Source: an uncultured Candidatus Saccharibacteria bacterium (GTDB lineage Bacteria; Patescibacteriota; Minisyncoccia; Portnoybacterales; UBA2143). Taken from it: a DNA stretch of 64,000 bases. Location of the stretch: NCBI GenBank assembly GCA_964565215.1, contig CAZMCO010000001.1, forward strand, positions 2,025 to 66,024, read 5' to 3'. The notes below the pieces were generated by a model. It was not told the DNA's origin. It searched no databases and worked only from the letters and a program-made list of their open reading frames with translations. A program made the position numbers and the translations under genes. Below are positions 1-8,914 of the stretch, piece by piece (within the stretch, counting starts at the first letter, position 1; the number at the start of each line of letters is the position of its first letter).

Positions 1-129
1 TCAGAACTTTTAGTCACCTTAAAAGAAGTCGCTTCTTTGTTAGAACCATTTATGCCAGCCACCTCAGAAAAAATCTTAAACCAAATCAAGCAGAATAAAA
101 AAACCGCGGCCTTATTTCCCCGGCTGTAA
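1..129 (+). CDS. metG: Methionyl-tRNA synthetase, C-terminal fragment (5'-truncated by window)
   Basis: Frame 1 reads ...LLEPFMPATSEKILNQI...ALFPRL*; PFMP and LFPR are typical of the short MetRS anticodon-domain end, and metG-tatD synteny is common. Confidence 0.8.
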   Translation, partial: SELLVTLKEVASLLEPFMPATSEKILNQIKQNKKTAALFPRL

Positions 130-135
130 AATTCT

Positions 136-936
136 ATGTCTAAACCTTTTTTGATTGATAGTCACGCTCATGTTAATCTTAATGCTTATAAAGACGATGG
201 TGATGAAGTAATTAAGCGGACTTTAAAAGAAAATATTTGGCTGATTAATATCGGCGCTCAATACAGCACCAGCCGTCGGGCGGTTCAGTATGCCGGAAAA
301 TATAAAGAAGGCGTTTATGCAGCAGTTGGGCTTCATCCAATTCATATTTTAGAAGAATTTGAATCAACTAAATATAAGGAGTTATTAGAAAATCCTAAGA
401 CAGTGGCTATGGGAGAGATTGGCCTAGAATATGGAGAGGGAATTAGCCAAGCAGCCAAAGATAAACAGAAAAAGGTTTTAATAGAACAATTGGAATTGGC
501 CCAACAAATAGACAAACCAGTTGTTTTCCATTGCCGTAAGGCCTACGATGATTTGATTGAATTATTAGTTCAATTTCAAACTGGTTGCGCTAATTGTCCA
601 ATGGCCTGCTCATCAGGCCTGCGAGGTGTTTTTCATTGTTTTATGGGTCGTTGGTCCCAGGCAGAAAAACTTTTATCAATGGGATTCTATTTTGGCTTTA
701 ATGGCTTGATTACTTATGCTCGTGATTATGATAAAGTCATTGAAAAGCTGCCTTTAGAGAAAATATTATTGGAAACTGATTGTCCTTATTTAACGCCAGT
801 GCCTCACCGAGGCAAAAGAAACGAACCCTTATATGTCAAATATGTCGCGGAAAAGATTGCTGAAATTAAGGGAATAAAATTGGAAAAAGTCGCCCAACAA
901 ACAACTAAAAATGCGAGGGAGTTGTTTAATATCTAA
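136..936 (+). CDS. tatD: TatD-family nuclease
   Basis: IDSHAH, GLHP, GEIGLE, FHCR, FHCF, ETDCPYL and RNEP motifs. Confidence 0.93.
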   Translation: MSKPFLIDSHAHVNLNAYKDDGDEVIKRTLKENIWLINIGAQYSTSRRAVQYAGKYKEGVYAAVGLHPIHILEEFESTKYKELLENPKTVAMGEIGLEYGEGISQAAKDKQKKVLIEQLELAQQIDKPVVFHCRKAYDDLIELLVQFQTGCANCPMACSSGLRGVFHCFMGRWSQAEKLLSMGFYFGFNGLITYARDYDKVIEKLPLEKILLETDCPYLTPVPHRGKRNEPLYVKYVAEKIAEIKGIKLEKVAQQTTKNARELFNI

Positions 937-942
937 GGACGC

Positions 943-3342
943 ATGAAATACAATCCGCAAAAAATTGAAAAAAAGTGGCAAGAGAAATGGGCTAAACAGA
1001 AGCTTTATCAGGCCGAGGATTTTTCTAAAAAACCGAAAAAATATATTATGGTGGAATTTCCTTATCCTTCAGGCGATGGCTTGCATGTTGGCCATGTCCG
1101 CAGTTATACGGCTCTTGATGCTTTGGCTCGCAAGAAAAGAATGGAAGGATACAACGTTCTTTACCCGATGGGCTGGGATGCTTTTGGTTTACCGACGGAA
1201 AATTATGCTATCAAAACCGGTATTCACCCAGCTAAAGTGACTGAAGAAAATATTAAGGTTTTTAAAAAACAAATGAACTCACTTGGTCTTTCTTTTGACT
1301 GGTCTAGAGAAATTAATACAACTGATCCTAGGTATTATAAATGGAGCCAATGGATTTTTCTGCAGTTTTTTAAAAAAGGGTTGGCTTATCAATCAGAAAT
1401 GCCCATTAACTGGTGTCCCAGCTGTAAAATTGGTTTGGCTAATGAAGAAGTTATTAGCGGCAAGTGCGAACGCTGCGGCGCTCAAACCGAAAAAAAATTA
1501 ATTAAGCAATGGCTTTTAAAAATTACCAAATATGCTGACCGATTGATTGATGATTTAGAAAAAATTAATTATTTAGAAAAAATTAAAACCCAGCAGATTA
1601 ATTGGATTGGCCGCAGTTATGGAACAGAAATTGATTTTCCAGTCGTTGACTCAAAAGATGTAATTGTTGTCTTTACTACTCGGGTGGATACTATTTTTGG
1701 CATTACCGCTATGATTATCGCCCCAGAACATCCTCTATTGGAGAAATTGACTAGTCCTGAAAATAAAGAGCAAGTTAAAGAGTATGTTTTGGCTTCCAAA
1801 AAGAAAAGTGAGTTTGAAAGAACTCAATTAGAAAAAGAAAAGACTGGTGTTTTTCTCGGCTCTTATTGTCTTAATCCAATCAATCAGGAAAAAGTACCGA
1901 TTTGGGTCAGTGATTATGTCATTGCTACTTATGGCGGTGGGGCAGTCATGATTGTCCCGGCTCATGATAAACGTGATTATGCTTTTGCCAAAAAATATGG
2001 TTTGGAAATTCGGGAAGTTATTTCAGGCGGCAATATTAATAAAGAACCTTATCTGGAATATGGTAAATTAATTAATTCAGGTGATTTTAACGACTTATCT
2101 TTTCAAGAAGCAATTAAGAAAATTACTGATTGGTTGATAAAAAATAAATGCGGCCGTCAGACAGTCCAATATAAATTGCGTGATTGGATTTTTTCCCGCC
2201 AGCATTATTGGGGAGAACCCATCCCGATTATTCATTGTTCAAAATGCGGTGCCCTAGCTGTGCCAGAAAAAGATTTACCAGTTAAATTGCCTTACCTAAA
2301 AAAATATCAGCCCAGTCAAACCGGTCAGTCCCCTTTGGTTAAAATAAAAGAATGGCTAGAGACAAAATGTCCCAAGTGTGGCGGTCCAGCCCAAAGAGAA
2401 ACCGACACTATGCCTAATTGGGCTGGCTCTTCTTGGTACTTTTTAAGATATATTGACCCCAATAATGATAAAAAGTTTGCTAATTTTAAGAAGTTGAAAT
2501 ACTGGCTGCCAGTTGATCTTTACAATGGCGGTATGGAACATACCACCCTTCATCTGCTTTACTCTCGTTTTTGGCATAAATTTTTATATGACCTCGGTTT
2601 TGTCCCGACCACTGAACCCTATCAACGTCGCTATTCACATGGAGTTGTTTTAGCTGAAGATGGTCGCAAGATGAGTAAAAGTTTTAATAATGTTATTAGG
2701 CCAGATGATGTTATTAAAAGATATGGAGCTGATACTCTACGAATTTATGAAATGTTTATGGGGCCTTTTGACCAAATGATTAACTGGAACACTAAAGGAG
2801 TTCAAGGTTGTTGGCGTTTTCTTAATCGAGTTTGGCAAATATTTAATGATAAACAGAAGATAGGGACTAAAACAGATAAAGAATTATTATCTAAATTACA
2901 TCAATTAATTAAAAAAGCCAGCGCTGATTTAGAAGCCATGAAATTTAATACAGCTGTCGCATTTTTTATGAAATTTGTTAATGCCTGGGCCGAGGGCAAG
3001 CGGATTTTATCTAAAAAAGAAGCCGATATTTTCTTACGGCTTTTAGCTCCTCTAGCTCCTCATATTGCCGAAGAACTCTGGGAACAATTGGGCCACCGAG
3101 ACAGTATTTTAAAAGAAAAATGGCCTCTTTATGACAAGAAGCTCATTGAAGAAGGAACTTTCCAATTGATTATTCAGATTAACGGTAAGGTTCGAGACAA
3201 AATAGAAGTTAAAAAAGATATTTCTGAAAAAGAAATTAAAAAGCTGGTTTTATCCCAAGAAAAAGTTCAAAAATGGTTGGCCAACAAGCAAGCCAAAAAG
3301 ATAATTTATATTCCTAAAAGATTAATTAATTTAGTCGTATAA
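943..3342 (+). CDS. leuS: Leucyl-tRNA synthetase
   Basis: FPYPSGDGLHVGH (HIGH-like), GWDAFGLP, KMSKS, QINGKVR. Confidence 0.97.
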   Translation: MKYNPQKIEKKWQEKWAKQKLYQAEDFSKKPKKYIMVEFPYPSGDGLHVGHVRSYTALDALARKKRMEGYNVLYPMGWDAFGLPTENYAIKTGIHPAKVTEENIKVFKKQMNSLGLSFDWSREINTTDPRYYKWSQWIFLQFFKKGLAYQSEMPINWCPSCKIGLANEEVISGKCERCGAQTEKKLIKQWLLKITKYADRLIDDLEKINYLEKIKTQQINWIGRSYGTEIDFPVVDSKDVIVVFTTRVDTIFGITAMIIAPEHPLLEKLTSPENKEQVKEYVLASKKKSEFERTQLEKEKTGVFLGSYCLNPINQEKVPIWVSDYVIATYGGGAVMIVPAHDKRDYAFAKKYGLEIREVISGGNINKEPYLEYGKLINSGDFNDLSFQEAIKKITDWLIKNKCGRQTVQYKLRDWIFSRQHYWGEPIPIIHCSKCGALAVPEKDLPVKLPYLKKYQPSQTGQSPLVKIKEWLETKCPKCGGPAQRETDTMPNWAGSSWYFLRYIDPNNDKKFANFKKLKYWLPVDLYNGGMEHTTLHLLYSRFWHKFLYDLGFVPTTEPYQRRYSHGVVLAEDGRKMSKSFNNVIRPDDVIKRYGADTLRIYEMFMGPFDQMINWNTKGVQGCWRFLNRVWQIFNDKQKIGTKTDKELLSKLHQLIKKASADLEAMKFNTAVAFFMKFVNAWAEGKRILSKKEADIFLRLLAPLAPHIAEELWEQLGHRDSILKEKWPLYDKKLIEEGTFQLIIQINGKVRDKIEVKKDISEKEIKKLVLSQEKVQKWLANKQAKKIIYIPKRLINLVV

Positions 3343-3377
3343 AAAGACGCCAAAGTTTTTACTCTGGCGTTTTTTTT
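3341..3377. terminator. Bidirectional intrinsic terminator
   Basis: AAAAAGACGCCA...TGGCGTTTTTTTT hairpin between convergent genes. Confidence 0.75.
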
Positions 3378-3405
3378 AAGAGGGTTCTTAGTTCTTAATA
3401 GTTAA

Positions 3406-3762
3406 TTAGTAGTTAATAAGTTTATTAACTGTTTCAAAGAGAAAAGAAAGATTGAATGGTTTTTTTACTATTTCGTCGGCGGGATTTTCTTCGGGGATTA
3501 GATCTGGTCGACCAGTCATAATAATAACTGGTAGATTAGGAGATTTTGTTTTAATTATTTTAGCTAATTCCAGGCCATCCATTTGAGGCATATTCATGTC
3601 AGTTATAATCAATTGAGGTATATTATATCCATTTTGAATATGCAGTAAGGCCTGGTCTCCGTCAAGGCAAGAGTAGGTTTCAAATCCTTTATAGTTTAGA
3701 GATCGCTCTAAAACTTCGGCAATTTCTGGTTCATCATCAACGACTAAAATCTTTTTTGGCAT
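3406..3762 (-). CDS. Single-domain response regulator (receiver only)
   Basis: ILVVDDE, ITDMNMPQMDG, IIMTG and KP motifs; strong SD AAGGAGG. Confidence 0.9.
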   Translation of the reverse strand: MPKKILVVDDEPEIAEVLERSLNYKGFETYSCLDGDQALLHIQNGYNIPQLIITDMNMPQMDGLELAKIIKTKSPNLPVIIMTGRPDLIPEENPADEIVKKPFNLSFLFETVNKLINY

Positions 3763-3851
3763 TGTTTCTCCTGACCCTCCTTATTTTTTGTTTTTATTAA
3801 AGAACCCTTTAGTTATAGATATTATGATAATCATTTTACCTTGTCAAGTGT

Positions 3852-4496
3852 ATGGAAATTATTAAAATTAATTTATCAACTGATTGGAATAATCCGAAGA
3901 TTATTCATAAAGCCATGACTGTTATTCAGAGAAATGGCAGTATTGTTTATCCAACTGATACAGTTTATGGCTTAGGGGTAAATGCTTTGCGAGTTCATTG
4001 TCTGGAACGCCTCTTTAAGATAAAAAAACGACCGGAAACTAAGCCAGTCCCAGTGATGATTGGTGATATTGCCATGGCTAAAAAGTTAGCTTTTATTGAT
4101 AGAAAAACAGAAAAAATTTTAGAAGCAGTTTGGCCAGGACCAGTCACTGTTATTTTAAAAAAAAGAGAGATTGTTCCAGATATCTTAACGGCTGGCAAAA
4201 TGACTATTGGCTTGAGAATTCCTGATTGTCGACTTATTCAAGTTTTGTTAGCCAATTTAGAAGAACCAATAACTGCTACCTCGGCTAATTTTTCTGGTAA
4301 CCCTTCTTTAATTTCAGCCGTTGAAATTATTGAAATATTTGCCAAGGCCTATCCTCGACCTGATTTAATTTTAGATGCTGGCGATTTACCAAATAGTCTG
4401 CCATCGACTGTTTTGGATTTAACTGGCTCTCAGCCAAAAATCTTGCGAGTTGGACCAACTAGTAAAAAAAACTTATTAAAATTTCTTGGAACTTAA
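3852..4496 (+). CDS. tsaC: L-threonylcarbamoyladenylate synthase (TsaC/Sua5)
   Basis: PTDTVYGL, KKRP, WPGPVT, TATSAN and PSTVLD motifs. Confidence 0.93.
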   Translation: MEIIKINLSTDWNNPKIIHKAMTVIQRNGSIVYPTDTVYGLGVNALRVHCLERLFKIKKRPETKPVPVMIGDIAMAKKLAFIDRKTEKILEAVWPGPVTVILKKREIVPDILTAGKMTIGLRIPDCRLIQVLLANLEEPITATSANFSGNPSLISAVEIIEIFAKAYPRPDLILDAGDLPNSLPSTVLDLTGSQPKILRVGPTSKKNLLKFLGT

Positions 4497-5032
4497 TGGA
4501 TTCTTATCTTTTTCATTTTTTAAATCAATGGGCCGGCCAATGGATTTGCTTAGATACCCTGGCTATTTTTGTAGCCATATTTTTACCTTATTGGCTAGTG
4601 GTTTTTTTAATTGGTTGGCTGATTTGGAAGAAAACAATCAAGATGATTGTTGTATCTTTAGTAGCCGCTCTTTTTGGCCGTTTTATTATCACTGAAATAA
4701 TTCGCTGGTTTTATTATCAACCACGCCCTTTTGTGGCTGAACAGGTTAATCAATTGGTTGAGCATTCAACCAGCGGCTCTTTCCCTTCTGGCCACGCCGC
4801 TTTTTTCTTTGCTTTAAGTATGGTTATTTATTTACATAACAAAAAAGCTGGCTGGGTATTTTTTACCGCCAGTTTTTTAATTGGCTTAGCCAGGATTTTT
4901 ACTGGACTTCATTATCCTTCAGATATCTTAGCCGGGACGCTGATTGGCTTATTTTTTGGCTGGTTGATTTACTTTCTTTGGTGCCGGAGGCGGGAGTCGA
5001 ACCCGCAAGGACCAAAGTCCACAGCATTTTGA
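4496..5032 (+). CDS. PAP2-family phosphatase (undecaprenyl-PP phosphatase BcrC-like)
   Basis: RP, SFPSGH and R-x5-HYPSD motifs with TM helices; 3' end overlaps an antisense tRNA. Confidence 0.88.
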   Translation: MDSYLFHFLNQWAGQWICLDTLAIFVAIFLPYWLVVFLIGWLIWKKTIKMIVVSLVAALFGRFIITEIIRWFYYQPRPFVAEQVNQLVEHSTSGSFPSGHAAFFFALSMVIYLHNKKAGWVFFTASFLIGLARIFTGLHYPSDILAGTLIGLFFGWLIYFLWCRRRESNPQGPKSTAF

Positions 5033-5065
5033 GTGCTGCGTGTCTGCCAGTTCCACCACTCCGGC
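4979..5065 (-). tRNA. tRNA-Leu(CAA)
   Basis: GCCGGAG...CTCCGGC-A-CCA, anticodon loop CTCAAAA, long variable arm. Confidence 0.95.
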
Positions 5066-5129
5066 TTATTAATATTCTCTCTTAAAATCCCCTTGTTGTC
5101 AATTGGAAATCAGAGTATAATAGAAGTGT

Positions 5130-5894
5130 ATGGCTCAAATAATCAGTTTGGTCAATCAGAAAGGGGGTGTTGGCAAGAGCACATCGGCTATAAATTTATC
5201 TGGTTACTTGGCAGCTATGGGTAAATATGTTCTTTTGGTTGATATTGACCCGCAAGCCAATGCTACTTCGGGAATTGGTTTAGACCCCCAAAATCTTCCC
5301 TTAAATTTATATCATTCTTTAATTGGCGGTCTTTTACCTGAAGAAATTATTCGTCAGACAGCTCTTTTTGGCTATGATATTATGCCAGCGGCTCCTGATT
5401 TGGCCGGGGCAACCGTAGAATTAGTTTCCCAGCCCAATCGGGAATTCAAACTTTACGAATTACTCCGTCGGATTAGAACTAATTATGATTATATTTTAGT
5501 TGATTGTCCTCCCAGTTTGGGTCTTTTAACTATTAATGGTTTAGTAGCCGCTGACGAAGTAATTATTCCAGTTCAGTGTGAATATTATGCCTTAGAAGGA
5601 CTAGGACAGCTTTTAAGAACCATTGAATTGGTCCAGGAAAATTTAGCCAGTCCAACAAAAATTAAAGGAGCTTTATTAACTATGCATGATCGTCGCAATA
5701 AACTTTCCCGGCAGGTAAAAAAAGAAATGGAAAGAAATTTTTCAGGTTATATTTTTGGGGCAGTCATTCCTCGTTGTGTTAAATTGGCCGAAGCGCCCAG
5801 TTTTGGTCAATCGATTCTTCAATATAATCCTCATTCTAAAGGAGCTAAGGCCTATCGACAGTTGGCTCAAGAAATAATTGGCCTTGACAAATAA
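5130..5894 (+). CDS. parA: Chromosome partition ATPase ParA/Soj
   Basis: NQKGGVGKST, DIDPQANAT, DCPPSLG, PVQCEYYALEG. Confidence 0.96.
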   Translation: MAQIISLVNQKGGVGKSTSAINLSGYLAAMGKYVLLVDIDPQANATSGIGLDPQNLPLNLYHSLIGGLLPEEIIRQTALFGYDIMPAAPDLAGATVELVSQPNREFKLYELLRRIRTNYDYILVDCPPSLGLLTINGLVAADEVIIPVQCEYYALEGLGQLLRTIELVQENLASPTKIKGALLTMHDRRNKLSRQVKKEMERNFSGYIFGAVIPRCVKLAEAPSFGQSILQYNPHSKGAKAYRQLAQEIIGLDK

Positions 5895-5897
5895 TTT

Positions 5898-6806
5898 ATG
5901 AAAACATCGCTTGGTAAAGGATTACAATCTTTGATTCCTAAAAAACAGTCTAAAATAGCTAGCTTGATTAAAAATCAATCTAGGAGAGAAAGCTGGCTGG
6001 GGGCAAAAAAGGAAAGTATTTTTAATATAGAGATTGATAAGATTAGGCCTAATCCTCGCCAGCCCCGTAAAAACTTATCTAAAGATAGCTTGAAAGAGAT
6101 GGCTGATTCTATCAGAGAGCATGGCATTCTTCAGCCTTTGATTGTTACTAAAATTGAGAAACCAACTGAACGAGGCCGCCAAGTAGAGTATGAATTAGTA
6201 GCTGGTGAACGGAGATGGAGAGCGGCTCAAATGGCTGGCCTACCCCATGTACCAGTAATTATTCGGGATAGTTCAGCTAATGAAAAATTAGAGCTAGCTT
6301 TAGTAGAAAATCTCCAACGAGAGAATCTTAATCCCATTGAGACGGCCCAGGCCTATAAGCAACTCCGAGACGATTTTAAGTTAAAGCATAGTCAGATTGC
6401 TCAAAAAGTAGGCAAGAGTCGGGTAACCATAACTAATACTCTGCGACTTTTGGCTTTGCCGTCAAAAGTTCAAAAAGCAATGATGGAAGGTCGGATTACT
6501 GATGGTCATGGTCGAGCTATTTTAATGGCTAAACCGATGGCTCGCCTGTCTCTTTATCAAACGGTTATTAGAAATAATTTAGGTGTTCGTCAGACTGAAG
6601 ACAAAGCCAGGAAAGTAGCTTTGCCTAATAAGCTATACGCTCAAGGTCCAAAAAATCCTCTTTTTAGAAAAATAGAAAAAGACCTGGGAAAGGTCTTAAG
6701 TCAACGGGTAAGTATTCTTCGCAGAGGAGATATGGGGTATTTAAATATTGGCTTTGCTAGCCAGAAAGAATTAGACAAGGTAGTTAAGCACTTATTGAAA
6801 ATTTAG
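5898..6806 (+). CDS. parB: Chromosome partition protein ParB/Spo0J
   Basis: LGKGL N-terminus, NPRQPR, AGERRWRA, ENLQRENL, HTH. Confidence 0.96.
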   Translation: MKTSLGKGLQSLIPKKQSKIASLIKNQSRRESWLGAKKESIFNIEIDKIRPNPRQPRKNLSKDSLKEMADSIREHGILQPLIVTKIEKPTERGRQVEYELVAGERRWRAAQMAGLPHVPVIIRDSSANEKLELALVENLQRENLNPIETAQAYKQLRDDFKLKHSQIAQKVGKSRVTITNTLRLLALPSKVQKAMMEGRITDGHGRAILMAKPMARLSLYQTVIRNNLGVRQTEDKARKVALPNKLYAQGPKNPLFRKIEKDLGKVLSQRVSILRRGDMGYLNIGFASQKELDKVVKHLLKI

Positions 6807-8272
6807 TTCTTTCTAAACCAGGCCTTGATTCTATTTTTAGCTTCATTAGTTTTAACAAATTTCAACCAATCTCTATTTGGTTTTTTATTTTTCTGAGTAA
6901 TAATTTCAATTACTTGACCGTTCTGTAATAATTGAGATAAAGAGCTTAACTTTCCATCTATTTTGACGCCGCTACATTGGTGACCAACGTCAGTATGAAT
7001 TTGATAGGCAAAGTCTATTGGGGTAGCTCCTTCTGGCAAATCAATGACATCGCCTTTGGGAGTGAAGACAAAAATGCGGTCCTTTAAAAAATCAATTTTT
7101 AATGAATTAATGAATTCTTGAGGCGAAGCAAATTTTTCTTTTTGCCACTCTTGAAGCTGTTTGACCCAAGTTAGTTCTTTTTTTAATTCTTTTTCTGGCC
7201 TTGGCTCTAAAATTCTTTTTTTTATATAATTCTTCAATCCTTTTTCCTCACTGTAGTGCCAGTGAGCAGCAATGCCATGTTCGGCTTCTTTATGCATTGC
7301 CAATGTCCGAATTTGGAATTCAGTGATTTTTCCTCCTTGGCAGAAGACGGTCGTATGAAGCGATTGATAACCATTAGGTTTAGGAATAGCAATGTAATCT
7401 TTGATTCGGCCAATCAAGGGTTTCCATTTTTTATGAATAATTCCCAAAGTGGCATAGCAACTTTCAATATCCGGCACAATAATTCGCAGAGCAACCAAGT
7501 CATAGATTTTATGCCAGTCCATATCATAGCGTTGAAGTTTTTTGTATAAACTATAGTAATGTTTGGTTCGGGCATGAATCTCAATTATTTCAACCCCTTG
7601 CCTGACTAAAATTTTTTTAACCAAAGGGATGATTTTTTGAAGATATTCTTTTGTCTGGCTGTATTTATCCTTAACTTGTTTAATTAGGTTTTGATATTCT
7701 TGAGGATAAGCGTAGCTAAAAGCCAGATCTTCTAATTGTCCTTTAAGCTCGCCGATGCCCAATCGGTAAGCTAAGGGAGCATAAATTTCCAAAGTTTCCA
7801 GAGCAATTCTTTTTTGTTTTTCCAAAGGGAAGATATAGAGAGTTCTTAAACCATGGAGTCGGTTGACTAATTTAATCAAGACAACGCGGATATCTTGAGC
7901 CATGGCCAGAAATAATTTACGAAGATTTTCTAAACTACGTTCAGCTTTTTGGTGTTCTATTTTGCCAACATTGGTTACTCCTTCAACTAAGAAAGTAATT
8001 TCCTGACCAAATTCCTTTTTAAGTTGCTCTTTAGTTAGCTTAGCTCTTTCTAATGTTTCATGGAGGATAGCGGTAACTACGCTGGCTGAATCCAATTTCA
8101 TTTTAGCCAAATCCAAGGCAATTTCTAAGCAGTGGTCAAAATAAGTTTGGCCAGAAAGCCGAACTAAGCCTTGATAATTTTCTTGAGCAAAAGAACAGGC
8201 TCTGGCGATTAAATTAAAGTCAAGTCTTGGATTAATCTTATTTAATTCTTCTAAAAATTGTTTTATCTCCAT
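6803..8272 (-). CDS. rel: RelA/SpoT homologue (pseudo-HD, synthetase, TGS; no ACT)
   Basis: KDYIAIPKPNGYQSLHT, EFQIRT, AEHGIAAHW, FVFTPKG...TPIDFAY; HD motif degenerate. Confidence 0.92.
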   Translation of the reverse strand: MEIKQFLEELNKINPRLDFNLIARACSFAQENYQGLVRLSGQTYFDHCLEIALDLAKMKLDSASVVTAILHETLERAKLTKEQLKKEFGQEITFLVEGVTNVGKIEHQKAERSLENLRKLFLAMAQDIRVVLIKLVNRLHGLRTLYIFPLEKQKRIALETLEIYAPLAYRLGIGELKGQLEDLAFSYAYPQEYQNLIKQVKDKYSQTKEYLQKIIPLVKKILVRQGVEIIEIHARTKHYYSLYKKLQRYDMDWHKIYDLVALRIIVPDIESCYATLGIIHKKWKPLIGRIKDYIAIPKPNGYQSLHTTVFCQGGKITEFQIRTLAMHKEAEHGIAAHWHYSEEKGLKNYIKKRILEPRPEKELKKELTWVKQLQEWQKEKFASPQEFINSLKIDFLKDRIFVFTPKGDVIDLPEGATPIDFAYQIHTDVGHQCSGVKIDGKLSSLSQLLQNGQVIEIITQKNKKPNRDWLKFVKTNEAKNRIKAWFRKN

Positions 8273-8290
8273 AGAGTTAATTGTAATATC

Positions 8291-8318
8291 TTGACAGGGT
8301 AATTGTAAAGGATATAAT
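8291..8318 (+). promoter_or_regulatory. Sigma70 promoter of Nudix gene (overlaps divergent rel promoter)
   Basis: TTGACA-16 bp-TATAAT. Confidence 0.75.
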
Positions 8319-8393
8319 CAAGATAAGTTCTTTATCAATTTTTATCTTGGTTAGTTAAAAAGACAAACCTTCTTGAACTAAGGGGGGTTTATT

Positions 8394-8879
8394 ATGAAAA
8401 GAAAAAGAGAAAAAAGAATCAAGGCTACTTTGGTAGTGGCCGGATTATTGAAAAACCAGAGAGGGGAAATTTTGTTGGTAGAGCGAAATGGCGATTGGAC
8501 ATTGCCGACTGGTCATATGGATGTCCGCAGAGATAATAATTTAAAAGAAACCCTTGACAGAGAAATGAAAGAGGAATTAAAAGGATTGAAAAAGCTGATT
8601 ATTGTTGAGGCCTTAGACACCTTTGTTAGACATTCGGAATTAGTAAAGGAGAGAGATATTTCCCTAAAACCTAAATCTATAGCCATTTATTCTTGCAATG
8701 TTAATGGCAGTGAGATTGAATATTTTAATGAAGGCGGCAAAAAAAGAAAGAAAATATGGATAAGGCCTTCCCAAGCATTAGAACTGTCTAATGTAGATGA
8801 TTTAGCAAAACTAGGCCTGGAAAGTTTTTTGGGAAGATATCCAGGAGTTGCCAAGAAAGAAAGGGGGTTTGTTAACTAG
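8394..8879 (+). CDS. Nudix hydrolase
   Basis: ILLVER...WTLPTG...LDREMKEELKGL Nudix-box variant. Confidence 0.8.
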   Translation: MKRKREKRIKATLVVAGLLKNQRGEILLVERNGDWTLPTGHMDVRRDNNLKETLDREMKEELKGLKKLIIVEALDTFVRHSELVKERDISLKPKSIAIYSCNVNGSEIEYFNEGGKKRKKIWIRPSQALELSNVDDLAKLGLESFLGRYPGVAKKERGFVN

Positions 8880-8884
8880 CCATT

Positions 8885-8914
8885 GCCCCGATTTTGTATT
8901 TCAAAAATCGGGGC
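8885..8914. terminator. Intrinsic terminator between Nudix and topA
   Basis: GCCCCGATTTT...AAAATCGGGGC hairpin followed by a T-rich run. Confidence 0.75.

Noticed and set aside
5033-5224. 63-aa ORF
   Set aside because: It overlaps a tRNA and parA out of frame, with no recognisable features
5066-6806. oriC or parS near parAB
   Set aside because: No DnaA-box cluster or TGTTTCACGTGAAACA-like palindrome was seen
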